A DNA stretch of 62,877 nt, filler included, from Basidiobolus ranarum (lineage: Eukaryota): the NCBI GenBank assembly GCA_040143965.1. It is 9 parts of 9 records of this genome, joined end to end, with 100 filler letters (N's around TTAATTAATTAA, not from the genome) between each part and the next. Parts side by side here need not be neighbours in the genome. Positions count along the whole stretch, not along the records: positions 49,020 to 55,902 come from JASJQH010001223.1; positions 56,003 to 62,877 come from JASJQH010001224.1; 7 more parts are not named here. One strand, given 5' to 3'. Below the pieces are notes generated by a model, which was not told the DNA's origin, did no database searches, and was given only the letters and a program-made list of their open reading frames with translations. A program made the translations under genes and the position numbers. Shown here piece after piece: positions 48,920-62,450 of this stretch; within the stretch, counting starts at the first letter, position 1, and every line of letters starts with the position of its first letter.

Positions 48920-50800
48920 NNNNNNNNNNNNNNNNNNNNNNNNNNNNNNNNNNNNNNNNNNNNTTAATTAATTAANNNNNNNNNNNNNNNNNNNNNNNNN
49001 NNNNNNNNNNNNNNNNNNNCGGAACGCCGCGGTCGGAAGCGAAGCCTAGCTTAACCACGGGTAATAAGAAACGCTTATATGGTTTCACATGCGTTCACAT
49101 CTACCTTCTGATAGCCCTGGGCCATTAGGCGAGAATGCTCAAAAATTTGTGTATGGAGAATGCGAGATGAGCTGAGTTCTGTGTCAGGGGAGGGGTGGAA
49201 AGTGCGTTACAGCAGATGATTGGAGAAAAGATGGAATATGCTGGTACGGAAGGGTGTACATAGGTCACCATAGTAGGGTAAATTCACGTAGTATGTTAGT
49301 CTAAGCCAGGTGGTAAATAATGAATCTGGTTGATAGTAAATGGGGAGGTAAAGAAAAGTGGACAGAATAGGTAATTCAAATAAAGGCCATGCAACAAGTT
49401 TTGATCATTGACGAATTAACAGTACCCAATAACCAATGGATGGAGAACTTTCAAGGGGGGAGCAACGAAAGTAAAATTAAGTAAATTAAGGAAACGCAGA
49501 GTGATTGGCCAAATGAATTGTTATGGTACGTTAATTTAATGTGTAATGAACACATGACTTCTAAGCCGTTTGATCTCATCAGAGGCTCCACTTACTGCTC
49601 GTCATGAGTATTAGGATATGGCCAGTTGGTTCCCTGGGAGTTCACATACCCTTTGGTAAGAAACCCTCAGGCATCATTACTACCCTCATCACAGGGAGCC
49701 AGCCTGAATTCCAATAATCCAATATAGTCTAAATTCATCGTAATATGTGTAACATGATGGTAACAGTATGGAAGCAGCTACCATTGCTTCGCCTTTTCTT
49801 ACCTTGATTGCGAGGCAAGCTGAACACTAGGCCATGCCAAGTACCAATATCGCTGAAAAATCTTTTCAAAGCCTTTATTACCATAAATGGTGCGCCACAC
49901 ATCACTGACGGTTTCACAAGATTGGTACTATTGTGAACTAAATGTACTTTGAACTGATAACGGTTGCGTATAGAATAGACGGTTGAGACTAATCATGTAA
50001 GCATGAATAAGCAGTGATGAAGTTGGATTTACCTGTGCAATATAACTCATACGAGCATGTAGTGTTTTTGGAATTAAGCGCATTCGAATCCGAATTACGA
50101 GAATTATTATGAACTATCATTTCTTCATAAACACCTGACCCAGTATCTTTCGTATAAGCCAACATAGAGCACGGACACTTGTACATGTAAAATAATCTTA
50201 TTTTGGCACAGGGCCGCCTACATACATTTAGGAAGAATCTACTATAAGCACATACTGTATAGCATCCAAACATCTCTTAGGTTGAGTGCATTGAACGAGT
50301 ACCTTGTAAAACAACTATTCAAGTCACAAACAGTTTCGGAATAGATTCCTCCAGTACACAGCGATGGCCAGTTATCATAATCTACCATATATTTGGATAG
50401 ATAGCCAAAGAATATCATCCGTAACAATACTGCTTGAATCTGACCTTGACGTCAATAATGTGTGAATGTGCGGAAAGAGTTCAGAAGACACCAACATCGT
50501 ACCACTTGTACAATTCCTTATAGGATGCACAGCAGTACACAATAGACACTTGCAATAGGGATCTAGTTTTTTGTGGCTAAGCGTTGATTCGGTATATTTG
50601 TACTTAGGGATATATGTATATACGTATATATGTTTGAACGGTTGAAATTTGCATACAGTCTATTATTCAAGGAAAGAGGGACTTGGATGGATCATGCTTC
50701 TTAGATTTCTCAGGTTCAGCAAACGGACAAGCTCATCAGAAGTCACCAAATAGGGCTAAACAACATCTTCAGAGGAAAAAGAAAAGAAAAGTCTTGAAGT

Positions 50801-51909
50801 TTAGGAGATAAGAATCATCCAAGATATCACAAAGTAAAAGAGAAAGATCGGATAAACGGCAAGTACGCGTCTATTATTTAAATGAACATCACTCAGGAAC
50901 CCAACGGAAGCTAATGGGTTTGGATCGACCGATGAAAGCTTAATAAAATCTTCAACATACAACATTAAAAAGGTAAAGGTTATACAATACCGTAAGTGGA
51001 CCACCCAAACGCCACAACAACAAATATGAGTCGAATCAATATCCATCCAACAAAGAAAGAGATGATCACAGCAATATCGAGTGGAAATACACAATATCCA
51101 AGGACGCAAACACTTTGGAAGAAAGACCTACAGTATTATGTTAGATTATTAGCAATTTCATCTCTTCAATAGCTTCCTCAAACAACTTACATTTTACCAC
51201 CCAACAATTTAGCATTTAAAGTAACTACAGCTGCACCAAACCAAATAATCACAAATATTCCAGTAAAGACAGAAGTCGCTTGTTCTGCAGGAGCCATTAA
51301 ACTCAACATACTTCTCGATTAAAAACAGTTAGTTTACAATATTGAATATGTTCATCTAGTATTAAGCAAGATTTACATAGCAAGAATTAAACACAATAGT
51401 AATGGGCCCCAGAGATCCCCTATGAAATGTAATTAGTCATTATTCTTAGCGTAGAAAAATATATAATGTTGATTGGATCGGTCACACCAAGATAAAAAAG
51501 AGGTTGTATGACTTACAATCTTTAAGAGAATTGTCTCCTCCTTTGGGTAATAAGACTTGCTTACATTTCTTTTGAATATTACTCAAGTCACGCATCTATA
51601 GCAAACGAGATTAAGAGATGCGAAAATATTAGAGAGAAAATATTTATAGGCCCAGGATACATATAGTATCGTTGAAACTCAAGTTCAGAACCAATTTTTA
51701 AGATTGAACGAAATACGCACAATGGTGGCATTGATGGGCTCGTCAAGTGTATCTTCTAAGGTTCTTGGAAGGGCATGACCATCAACACCCGAACCTATAT
51801 TGCCAGTCACAGTAGGTATCGTCCCAGTTGTAGAAAGGTCAACATTCAGATCGTCATCATGGAGCAAGGGAGGTGAAGAGACAACGGAGGGAATCCGTCC
51901 CGAACTCAT
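50801..51909 (-). CDS. YIPF6: Yip1-domain Golgi protein Yip4/YIPF6 (multi-exon)
   Basis: DTLDEPINATI|MRDL...VLLPKGG...D|WDLWGPLLLCLILA...VVTLNAKLLGGK|SFFQSVCVLGYCIFPL...RRVLAVYPIFLFYFVISWMILIS. Confidence 0.9.
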
Positions 51910-53516
51910 TGCTTAGCTGATTTTGAGAAGGTAAAGAGCGCAAGCGAAGATCGAGGTAAGATAATATTATTGGAATCTCCAAATTTATTGAAGACACATT
52001 AATAGAAGCTAAATTAAGTATTGATATCGTTTACAATTGAAGAAAATCAAGGGATGTTTCCTTGAACTGCGGTTAGATTGAGACTCTGTATGTCGAAAAC
52101 AGAAGGGTGATCAAGAAAGTCTACAGAACAAAGTAATAGCAATTGTAGCTGTGGAAAATACAAGTATTTACAATATCTTTGGAGACCTATAGTCGTACTA
52201 TCAACAAAGTAGATTGAGTAGATTGCTGGTTGAAGGGACTCACTCTTTGTTGGTAGATATTGGATTGGTCCAACGTCAAATCCATACCAACCCCAACCTT
52301 TTTACCGACTAGGGGCTTTGTTCAGAGATTAACAACTCTAATAGCTCACCAAATTTGGATAAAAGTTAAATTAGAATAAGAGTGACTGGTTTACAGTCAT
52401 CAGCCACAAAGCATGAAGATCTTTGCTTTTCTTCTGGTTCAAGATTTGATATAATCTCGCCAAGGAGTACAAGTTAAGATAAAGTGACATTGAATCATGA
52501 CGGCTAGTATTGATCCATTCTAAATGGATGCTTAAACCTCGGCTGAAAAAAGCGAAACCAGGTTATTGCTATATGGTTGTGAGTTTATTGTGCGTGTAGA
52601 GTTATTTGGTTAGTTGCAAGACTTGGAATACTTGACAAAGTGACAGCAGTGATGAAAGGGCCTTTATGTTATTGGTTCTATTCTCGGGTTCTGTTTTCTA
52701 TTCCATCTGCTGGGAGAGGTCATGTACATTTCAGAATTCCCTATGATGGAACCCAGGCAGAAGCATCACATTTAGCGAAATGTGGAGAGTGATTGGCGTA
52801 GTCTTGGATACATTCTGATAAATTAAGTTGTCTCTGAGAAATCTAGTCTAGAAGGTTCTGACGACCGTAGATAGTTGGCTGCTAGGTAAGTTCAAACCTA
52901 TGTATCTGTGTACTCATCTACATCTGGAATAATGATAATCCATACATGCTTGCAATCAAACAGTTCGATGGTTTAGTATCCTAGTTGGTATCCCACCACA
53001 AATGATCCACTGGGTATGGTAATCGATTAGCATCAATGCCAGAAGTCGCCACATGAACCGAGTGCAATTGGAGGTGAAGTGGGTTATAGTATGATCATCG
53101 CTGGCCTTTTTTCTTTCAAACAATCGTCAGTGCTTTGGATTAAGGGATTGGATGTTTCTGCGATTTGGAACACAGCCTTCTATCATTTGTTAAATCATTC
53201 TGGGTTAGATCTTATACCGCTTACTGTTGACGGGTGATGGAGGAAGCAACACAACTGGAAGTATCGCTATTTTGGTTGAAGAAAAAACCGATGACTGCTG
53301 GATTGGCATCTTTGCCAGAGAATCAAAAAACAAGAGACATCATCATGCATCATCTATCTTTTCTACTTTGGGAGTTGTTGCTTAAAGCTCCATCACTTCA
53401 TATACCATATTTTGGAATAGAGGCGATATCAGTGAACCACGACCCGTCCTTATTTTCTCTGAAGTTTCTTTAACATATATAAAGGCAATCTACCTGCATC
53501 TTTAACGCTCATCAAC

Positions 53517-53699
53517 ATGAGTCTCAAATTCGTAGCATCCATCTTCTTGATAGCCCTTATTAACATGAGCTATGGGCAAAGCAACTCCGATCCAATTGCT
53601 GAGGAACCAGAATTTGTTACTCAAATGTCCACTCAGTATGTCACTTTAAGCCAGCTACGTCCTGCTCCCCAACCAACTGGCCCTGCTTATCCCAATTGA
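53517..53699 (+). CDS. Small secreted peptide precursor (60 aa)
   Basis: TATATAAA ~40 nt upstream; CAACATG start context; signal peptide MSLKFVASIFLIALINMSYG; P/T/Q-rich mature part; AATAAA downstream. Confidence 0.6.
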   Translation: MSLKFVASIFLIALINMSYGQSNSDPIAEEPEFVTQMSTQYVTLSQLRPAPQPTGPAYPN

Positions 53700-54715
53700 A
53701 GTAATCAAAGCATATACTTTATTTGCATTTTGATTTGATGTGTGGAATATCTATTAATGATTTGACTTGATATTGGTAAAAACTGCCTGTGCTTGCAAAT
53801 AAAACTTTAGTCTCATTCGGTTTCATGGCTGTAATAAACTCATAGTATTCTCTATGTAAGCATCGAGCCTGCAGAAAGCCCACCGTGCCGCATGGTCCTA
53901 TTCTAAAGCGTGTTAACACCATTTTGTTCGACAATACACGTCACAGTGGAAGACATTGTCATCAAGGTAACAATCACGCATCGTATTAGCAAAATCTCAA
54001 GATTGTCAGCGTCGGAAAAGCAGACTGCTGAAATTCGTCACAACCATAATTAATAATAATAACAATAGGTATAAATTAGGGAATTCCAAGTGGCCCTAAT
54101 GTTTGTTTACTCCATGCATCTTTGAAAAAGCAACTCAAATGTTGATCAAGACTTGAGCCATCTATCTCTATTGGTCCACGTCATCCATAAAAAAATTTCT
54201 TTTCAAAACAAATCATTCTCTTGTATCTATGCTTATAACATGCCAGGCCTCTTTCCTCTGTAGCTTTCTCAAACGCTTCAAGAAATAAAATTCTGCAGTT
54301 TTTGTTCAAGAGTACATGTCTTATTGATAGCTAATTTGCCATTGAACATAAACCATCCTTATGCTGAACTCGCTTATAACAGGTGTCGTCTGGCTGACAG
54401 TGCCTTAACGACGTATATATAAGCGTAGAGTAAACCCCTACAGCTTTCTCTACTTCGTACTCCCTTTACGTTTCTGTAAGTAAAGATCCAGGATTGGGAG
54501 AGTTGTCATCATTTTCACTATTTAGATGTATGGCCGAACATTGTAGAGACATTCGTTCCACTTTATTTAAACTAATTTAACTCGACTAATACAACGTCGT
54601 TAATGCAAACATCATTTATTGATTGGTTTTGCTAAGTGTTCTAAATTTTACGGGTGAATAAACAAAACTAATCAAAGTACAAAAATAAATATAACTATAC
54701 AAGGCCAATTTGGAT

Positions 54716-55856
54716 TTAATCAACCTCTTCCATCTTGGAAGCTTCATCAACCTCGTCGGGTGTGGGAATGTCACTAGGAGCATCTTCATCGACTGGCTCT
54801 TCGTCAATACTCAAGCCCAATTTGATCATACGGTGAATACGATTGGCGAAACCGGAGGGATCATCTAATGAAAATCCAGAAGCAAGAAGTGATGTCTCGT
54901 ACAGTAAGTAAGTAAGATCCTTGACAGTCTTGTCATTCTTATCAGCCTCAATTCTTTCTTTCAATGATCTGACGATGGAGTGTTTGGGATTCAGCTCCAT
55001 GGTCTTCTTGGAAGCCATGTACGAAGACATACTGGAGTCACGCAATGCCTGGGCTTTCATAATACGTTCCATGTTAGCGGACCAGCCAAACTGTCCTGTA
55101 ACTAACACACATGGAGAGGTGACAACTCGATTGGATACAGTAACTTTCTCAACTTTGTCTCCAAGGATTTCCTTGATTTGTTTGCAGAGCTCTTCATGTG
55201 CTTCTTTTTGTTCTTCCCAACTTTTCTTCTCTTCTTCATCCTCTTCGAACTCAAGACCCTCCTTGGTTGCGCACATAAGGTTCTTTCCATCATACTCCTT
55301 GAGCTGTTGAACTGCGTATTCGTCAATGGGATCAATCATGTATAAAACTTCAAAGCCCTTGCTCTTCAAGACTTCCAAGAAAGGTGAGTTCTCAACAGCT
55401 TGTTTGGACTCACCAGTAATGTAATAAATGTTCTTCTGCTTTTCAGGCATACGAGTCACATAGTCCTTAAGAGAGGTGACTTCATCGCCAGATTTGGTGG
55501 AGTGATAACGAAGGAAGTCAGCCAGCTTTTGACGGTTTTGAGAATCTTCGTGGATGCCAAGCTTGATGTTCTTACCGAAGGCTTCATAAAACTTGTTGAA
55601 ATTTTCCTTATCTTCGGCAATCTCATTAAACATCTCGATGCATTTCTTGACCAGGTTTTTACGAATGACTTTAAGGATTTTGTTTTGTTGGAGAATTTCA
55701 CGAGAAATGTTGAGAGGCAAGTCCTCGGAGTCAACAACTCCCTTCACGAAGTTGAGCCATTCAGGAATTAAATCCTCACAATCATCCATGATAAATACAC
55801 GACGGACATAGAGCTTGATGTTATTTCTCTTCTTTTTGGTCTCAAAAAGATCGAAG
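54716..55856 (-). CDS. HSP90: Cytosolic Hsp90, middle and C-terminal domains (5' part lost at segment end)
   Basis: [48 protein letters not shown], terminal MEEVD. Confidence 0.98.
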
Positions 55857-56774
55857 CGGAGGGGGGGTTGGCCAGGAGCGTTCGCGGGCTGCCTTCCAAA
55901 GGNNNNNNNNNNNNNNNNNNNNNNNNNNNNNNNNNNNNNNNNNNNNTTAATTAATTAANNNNNNNNNNNNNNNNNNNNNNNNNNNNNNNNNNNNNNNNNN
56001 NNCAGGTGTAAGAAATCGTCTAGTCTAAATAAGCCCAAGTAACTTGGTATCGGTTGGTATCAGTTGGATCAGTTATACACGCTATACAACACCAACTGGA
56101 GCATTAGCTCTTCATTAAGTCAGCATTTAATGATGCTGACATGACCGAAATGGCAGAAATACAGAAAATGGCCGAAATCTCGGAAATGAATTTAGTGGCA
56201 GAAACCATACATATTTAGTTAAATAAATATACTGATCGAACTAGCCACTTTGCTAGACTGGGACTGTGATATATAATATGTTGGTTGCCTCTTTTATCTA
56301 ACTAGAGTAACTTTTTTTGTTAGTTACCTTTTACCTGCTCATATGGATCATTGGCATTACGTAACTAAGGATCTAGAACTAAGCTCAGATGCATATTCTG
56401 GTGCATATTTTGGGACTGTTAATTGGCCATGGTATCACACTGGGAGAAGCATATAGTGTCATATATATATATATGGTTGTTTAATCATTCATAGACTCAA
56501 TACTCCAATCAGAATGTCTGTATTCTAAAGTGGGTAAGGTGTGACAAGGCTCATGGTAAGCTTATTAGGCATCCAATGATTTCCAAGCGATTCCACATTG
56601 GCAAATAGAACTCTCTGATCAGAAATCCGATAGCATTATGTCTCTTCTGGAAATTACACACATGAAACAATCCACATTTTTGATCGTCAGCCATGAATAA
56701 AACGCATAAATAAACCTTGGCTACCTCAGAAAACTGTATAATTCCTTTTCAACTCTTCAAACTATTGACTTACC

Positions 56775-58286
56775 ATGGATGCCATTAATGCTGGAGATAC
56801 AGCTTGGACTCTGGTATCTACGGCACTTGTCTTTCTAATGTGCCTTGGCCTCGGATTCTTCTACGGAGGGCTAGCCAGATCAAACCATACACTTTCTCTC
56901 ATGTTTCTCATGATGATTTCTACTTGCGTCGTCACGATACAGTGGTATTTTTGGGGATTTTCTTTAACGTTTAGTGAAACTACCAACAATGGGTTTATTG
57001 GAGATCTTCGACATATTGTCGCCCGACACCTAGGAAGGGAACCACACTCTAATGCCCCTACTATACCGTCATCTGCCTATTTCATTTATCAATGTATGTT
57101 TGCCGTCATCACACCCGCTTTGGCTTTTGGCTCGACTGCAGAGCGTATGAAGATTGGGCCTGTTATCATCTTCTTATTTATCTGGTCAACATTGGTCTAT
57201 AATATCTGTGCCATGTGGGTATGGAACCCTCAAGGTTGGCTTGCAAAACTTGGTGTGCAAGATTATGCCGGTGGTATTACTGTACATTTAAGCTCTGGAG
57301 CAGCTGCAGGTGCTTACGCCTTATCGATTGGCGAGAGAAAAGATTATAACAAGCAAAGTCACTTTGCTCCAAACAATGTGGCATTTGTATTTTTGGGTGC
57401 TGCCATGTTATGGTTCGGTTGGTTTGGCTTCAACGGAGGTAGTGCACTTGCCGCCAATGCCAGAGCAGTGAACGCCGTCGTTGTAACCCATATCGCGGGT
57501 TGTGTTGGTGGCCTTGTATGGGTGCTTATCGACTTTTACAAAACGAGAAAGTGGTCATTAGTTGGTATTTGTACTGGAGGAGTAGCAGGTTTAGCTACCA
57601 TCACCCCAGCTGCCGGATTCGTTACACCATCATCATCGTTAGCTTTCGGGTTTATTGGTGCAATCACATGCCACTTTTGTGTTGCCAATAAGAACCGACT
57701 ATTTCCATTTGATGACTGTTTGGATGTGTTTGCTGTTCATTATGTTAGTGGCATTGTAGGAACTTTTATGACTGGTATCTTTTCTCAACAATCGATCATT
57801 TCTCTGAGTTACCCTGAAGGTGCACAAAACATTCCATTAGGGGGATGGTTTGATCGCCATTGGATTCAAGTTCCTGTTCAAATGGCAGCTATCGGAGCGG
57901 TAACCGCGTGGTCTTTTGCAGTGACATACCTGATCCTATGGGTGATGGAAAAGAGTGGACTCAAACTACGTCTTCGTGATGACGAAGAAGTGATGGGTAC
58001 AGATCTAGCGGTTTTAGGTGAAACGGCGTATGGATTTATGACACCTCACCATGGTGGTGGTCACAACCAATTAGTTGCACAGATCAAAAGCGTACCCCGT
58101 AGAAGATCCAATGCCACTAACACAAGTAATTCTTCCAATCCACCTGTCGTTCCAGTTGGGCCAGTAGGAAACATGGAGACCGTCAATGAAAACGACACTG
58201 AAGTCCCTATCCCTACCACCGTCAGGGTGCGTAACTCGGAAGTATTAGAAGCCCAAGTGGCAGCCATCAATGAATCTTTTGAATAG
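56775..58286 (+). CDS. Ammonium transporter, Amt/Mep family (intronless)
   Basis: GDTAWTLVSTALVFLM, YQCMFAVITPAL, DYAGGITVHLSSG (His1), LWFGWFGFNGGS, GLATITPAAG, DDCLDVFAVH (His2). Confidence 0.96.
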   Translation: MDAINAGDTAWTLVSTALVFLMCLGLGFFYGGLARSNHTLSLMFLMMISTCVVTIQWYFWGFSLTFSETTNNGFIGDLRHIVARHLGREPHSNAPTIPSSAYFIYQCMFAVITPALAFGSTAERMKIGPVIIFLFIWSTLVYNICAMWVWNPQGWLAKLGVQDYAGGITVHLSSGAAAGAYALSIGERKDYNKQSHFAPNNVAFVFLGAAMLWFGWFGFNGGSALAANARAVNAVVVTHIAGCVGGLVWVLIDFYKTRKWSLVGICTGGVAGLATITPAAGFVTPSSSLAFGFIGAITCHFCVANKNRLFPFDDCLDVFAVHYVSGIVGTFMTGIFSQQSIISLSYPEGAQNIPLGGWFDRHWIQVPVQMAAIGAVTAWSFAVTYLILWVMEKSGLKLRLRDDEEVMGTDLAVLGETAYGFMTPHHGGGHNQLVAQIKSVPRRRSNATNTSNSSNPPVVPVGPVGNMETVNENDTEVPIPTTVRVRNSEVLEAQVAAINESFE

Positions 58287-58571
58287 ATTAGATTCAATTT
58301 CATCATTCCAATACAATACCACCACACATAAATAGACATACACTATCAATACAATAAACACATTGAAACCAGTATATTGTGCTATCAACGGTATTAAATT
58401 TTTCCGATGATAAGTATATCTCGATTAATCGAATGTAATTAGAAAGGGAGGGAATTTTACCAATCAACCAACAACTACAGTCAAAATTGATAATTGTTAT
58501 TTTAAGCTTACCAACAGGATTTCCTTTATCAATATTCATCGATCCACATATATGCATAAGTTTCAAAATAT

Positions 58572-61557
58572 TCAACGAGGTTCATAAAAAGTGGTAGTGG
58601 GAGTAGATTTACGAGGGTAGATTGGGAATTGCAGGTCTTCAACCGAAGCATCCGAATTTCTATTCTTAGAAACTCTCTTACTATATTTATGCTGGGAAGG
58701 GAGTGGAAATGATGGTAACAGATCAGATGAGTGATCCATATTTAACCGCTGGAGTTTTCGATGGTACCAATAGTAGTGCCCACATATAGCGATACCCATC
58801 AAGATGTCCAGAATGCTCGAGATAAAGCACAGATAAGGAATGATCTTGAAATATCCATTGAGCTTCCGGTAAAGCACTTGAATGACCAAGAATGGTATCT
58901 CCTTGGTAGCTAAATTCACCATAGATGCATAAATCACTCGTTTATGAAAGCCCTGGGAAACTGGTGCATCCAACCAATTGATTCCGAATAGCCTGGAAGA
59001 TAGCAAGGTCAAGAGGGCGGGATTGGAAGCGGAGATTAATGTCACAGTGGTGGTAACGAAGGTTCGCTTGGAAAACCAGACGTAAAACATCGCATTTCGA
59101 GACACTTGTCGAATGGTGATCCAGGTCACGAGTATGGTGTTGATAATAAAGGGTAAAATGTAGAGTAAGCACGACACCAACTGTAACTGTTTGACATCAC
59201 CACTATTGAGAAGAACATAGAGCGTGCTAACAATAAAGTTATATCCACATAATCCTATCATGATGATGACTGAATTTCGAGCAATTGGATAATGACGTCT
59301 GCAGAGAAGATATACAGCCAACCAGCCAAGAACTACAACAGCAACAACAAGGTGGATTATGTAATGGCTAGTAACATCATCTATTGAGTTAAGCGAGAAA
59401 CGTTAATAGAGTTTCAGACTAACTTTTGTTGTGAATAATTCACCTTCAACCACGACACCGTACCGAGCATCAATGTACTGTGTAACGTTACCGAATGACA
59501 AGATGGTAGTATCCTTATAAGCCAGCATCTCCTTAAAATCCTCGAGAAGATCCCTAGCGGATCGTTTGACATGCTCCCCGCCATGTATTATCAACTGGTA
59601 AATAAGATTCTGACCATCTGTACGTAGTAGTCTTGTCTCCAAACGACCACTTTCTGATATTGGTATAAACTTCTCCAACTCAGTAGTCAGATCACCTGGA
59701 GAATTGCCCCCAGACTTGACTCGGATTTGAAAATGTACAGCAGAAGGATCTATATGGATCAAATTGAAGTATTAGTATCTAAAAAGATCATGACCACGTT
59801 ACTTGGAATACCTTTTTCTGAATCGTCTAGTTTAGTATTTGAACCAAAGGTAAGTAAATTTATCATCAAGAGTCAAATTAAAAAATAAAATAACCAACCT
59901 CTCTGGGTACGAAATTTCCATATATTGGGGGGAATACCTAGCAGCGGGTCTCCTACGGCACTCAGAAATGTACCTGGATCTACTACTACGAAGTATTCAG
60001 AATCGGGGATGTTGAGGGTAGAAGATAAGATGTTCGTTTGAAACTCCTTGGCCAAGACTCCCTCTTCAATGATTGGTACAATCTGACGTGGGTGGTAGGG
60101 ATATTCAGAGTTGTAAATGGAGATATTTCCAATAGACTTGACATATCCATGAGGATTCTCCAAAAAAGTGATACTCAAATCGTTCCTTGAAACTGCCACT
60201 AGTTGGTTGATTTCAGGAGAAGTCGAAGAAATAACTGGATTGTTGGCATATTTGGATTCTAAGTAGAGGAGTTAATAACAGTAGAAGTAAAGTCTAGGTA
60301 GGAGAAGACTTCAATACCTGGTAAAAACATTGGGATGTTCGCATTGATGGCCTTCCAATCTTGGATTATTTCCCATTCATTTTCGGATTTCGCTTGAGTA
60401 TGATTTAAAGAGAGTAGAGTATTGTTAGGAAGCACATTAATGGAATAACCAACAATATCCCGATTGGAATAGAGTGTGGCCTTCCATTCACGATTAAACA
60501 GGTAGGTGTAGTTATCTCCAGTCGAAAGCAGCAACCCGCCGTAAGGTAGAACAATGGCGATACTAGACAAATCAGCCGTATATGAGCCGGTAGACTGTTC
60601 CATGATAGAACTACTTAGCAAGGTTGGTACATCATACACTGCACCAGTATAAGAGAAGGTCGACATGAAGGTGTTACGCTTGAACATGGTGGCATTGATA
60701 GTAATCCACTGATCATATAAACAGAAATGACCACTACCAGCCTGAATCCCACCACAATCGAGTAGCTGGAGGAAACCAGTATCTCCATGGTCGGCTAAAA
60801 TGAAGGGTTTCTTGTATGAGTCAGAGTACTGAGCTGGTATGTATGTCGATTTGATCACAAATTCAAGTTTACTATCGTCTAACCCAGCCCAGTTGATCAG
60901 AAATCCACCGTTTACCGTGTTTGTAGTCGATAAACTCATCATTCCCGCAGGAAACGCACTCTCATCCCAAAATCCCGTATCAAGTAAAGTTGACTGGGAA
61001 AGAAATACTCCTCTGGAATCAAGGAAGCGATACTTTAACGAAGCAGTATTATTGCTGATCTCGATCCATGCTAGGAGGATCAGGCCACTGGAAGTCCAAC
61101 TTTCAACCACGGAAAATAGGTTACAGTTAGTCAAAGAGATACTATCACCAGAATGCATCCCATCTTTACCAAACGTTTGAAGAAATAAGGGCTGTGGAGC
61201 AGGTCCGTACTGCATATAAAAGTAAGCAAACCCGTTGGGTAAGATAATAAATTTAGCTTGATCGTCTGAATATACAGGTACCATATCTTCTCGCTCAAAT
61301 ATTACATTACGATCACTATCGTAGGCGACAATCTTATCTCTGTATTCCAACTCTTTCATTTTTGTTAGATTAGACGCTTTAGAAGCAATATTGTAACTGG
61401 TGTAGTTGTCGAATCTAGCGAATCTCCAAACGGTATTCCCATTGGAGCTTCTCGTCACACCTGTTCGCGGGATAATATCCTCGCTGTTGACCACGCGCTT
61501 CAACGACAAAACAGTAACGAAGAGTATAGTGAGTGTCAAAGAGGAAAATCTGTACAT
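58572..61557 (-). CDS. Large surface/membrane protein: signal peptide, beta-rich ectodomain, Ig-like module, multi-TM C-terminal domain (exons ~61557-60318, 60258-59899, possible 59826-59812, 59749-59444, 59380-58572)
   Basis: Four long collinear minus-strand ORFs linked by GT-AG introns; signal peptide MYRFSSLTLTILFVTVLS; many N-x-S/T sites; 5-7 hydrophobic helices in the last exon. Confidence 0.78.
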
Positions 61558-62240
61558 ATTAGATGGTACAAGTAGCATAATATAGAGATACAATCAACGC
61601 AGAGAAAAGGGTCTATTTACAAGTAGTCGATGACTGAAAAAAAGTAAGATCCTTAATGAATGTAGCGTATGTTGAGGGAAGAAGCAAGACAAGTTGTTCA
61701 CCACTGAGAAGTCAGTGAAAGTAAATGAAAAAAGTAACGCGTCGGTGTTGTTTTGCCAATCAGCCGCCTAAATATAGCGGGATTCATTGGATACTATCGA
61801 ACCGTATAAATATCCACAATTACCTCAGTTTGTTCTTTGGTAAAGATTTTAATATTATCTTCATATACGCGAACCGAGGCTCGTTTGTTTGTTTATACTT
61901 ACCTTAAATGGTTATCATCGTTAGTCACTTTATGATGTCACAACTCTTGTGATTGGCAGGCGTATATTAAATAGAATGAGATCAAAGCTTAATAGTAATT
62001 ATAGATTTAGTAATTCTCTTCTGTGATCTATATTGCATAGATTTAGTAAACATAAACAGAAATAGGAAGAGATAAGCGTAAGTAAAGACAAAATGTGGTT
62101 AAAATCTCTTCTGTGATCTATGAGTATGCAAGTATGTTCTTCTAAATTTACATACTAATACGCCATATAAAATCTCAAACCATCTTGATGAATGAATAGT
62201 GTAGTATCTCACAGTTGACGTATATACTCTCACAAAAAAG

Positions 62241-62450
62241 TGTTGAAGTATTTTGGGAGTTTGTTAGAAGTGGTTTGAAGAACTAGAAGAATTGGTGGCT
62301 TTCACTTACTGATTAGTTGAGTCGAAAGTTGACATTTATAGTTTTGTCAAGAAGTTTAAAAAAATTGTAGAATGTGTTAAGGAAGGTCTCAGTAATATGT
62401 GTGCCATCAGCAAAAGCAGAAAATATAATATCTCAGTACTTCAATACTAC
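62241..62450 (-). repeat. Partial LTR family-B copy
   Basis: TGTTGAAGTATTTTGGGAGTTTGTTAGAAGTGG... similar to 46873 onward. Confidence 0.75.

Noticed and set aside
49989-50427. Cys-rich short minus ORFs downstream of YIPF6
   Set aside because: Non-ATG starts, no signal peptide or recognisable domain.
54921-55811. Antisense and alternate-frame ORFs over HSP90 (likewise over VAM7, the ALMT-like gene and Amt)
   Set aside because: Shadow ORFs produced by the codon bias of the real genes.
56043-56200. Short 9-10-nt tandem motifs (TTGGTATCRG; GGCMGAAAT) upstream of Amt
   Set aside because: Only 3-5 degenerate copies; no evidence of function.
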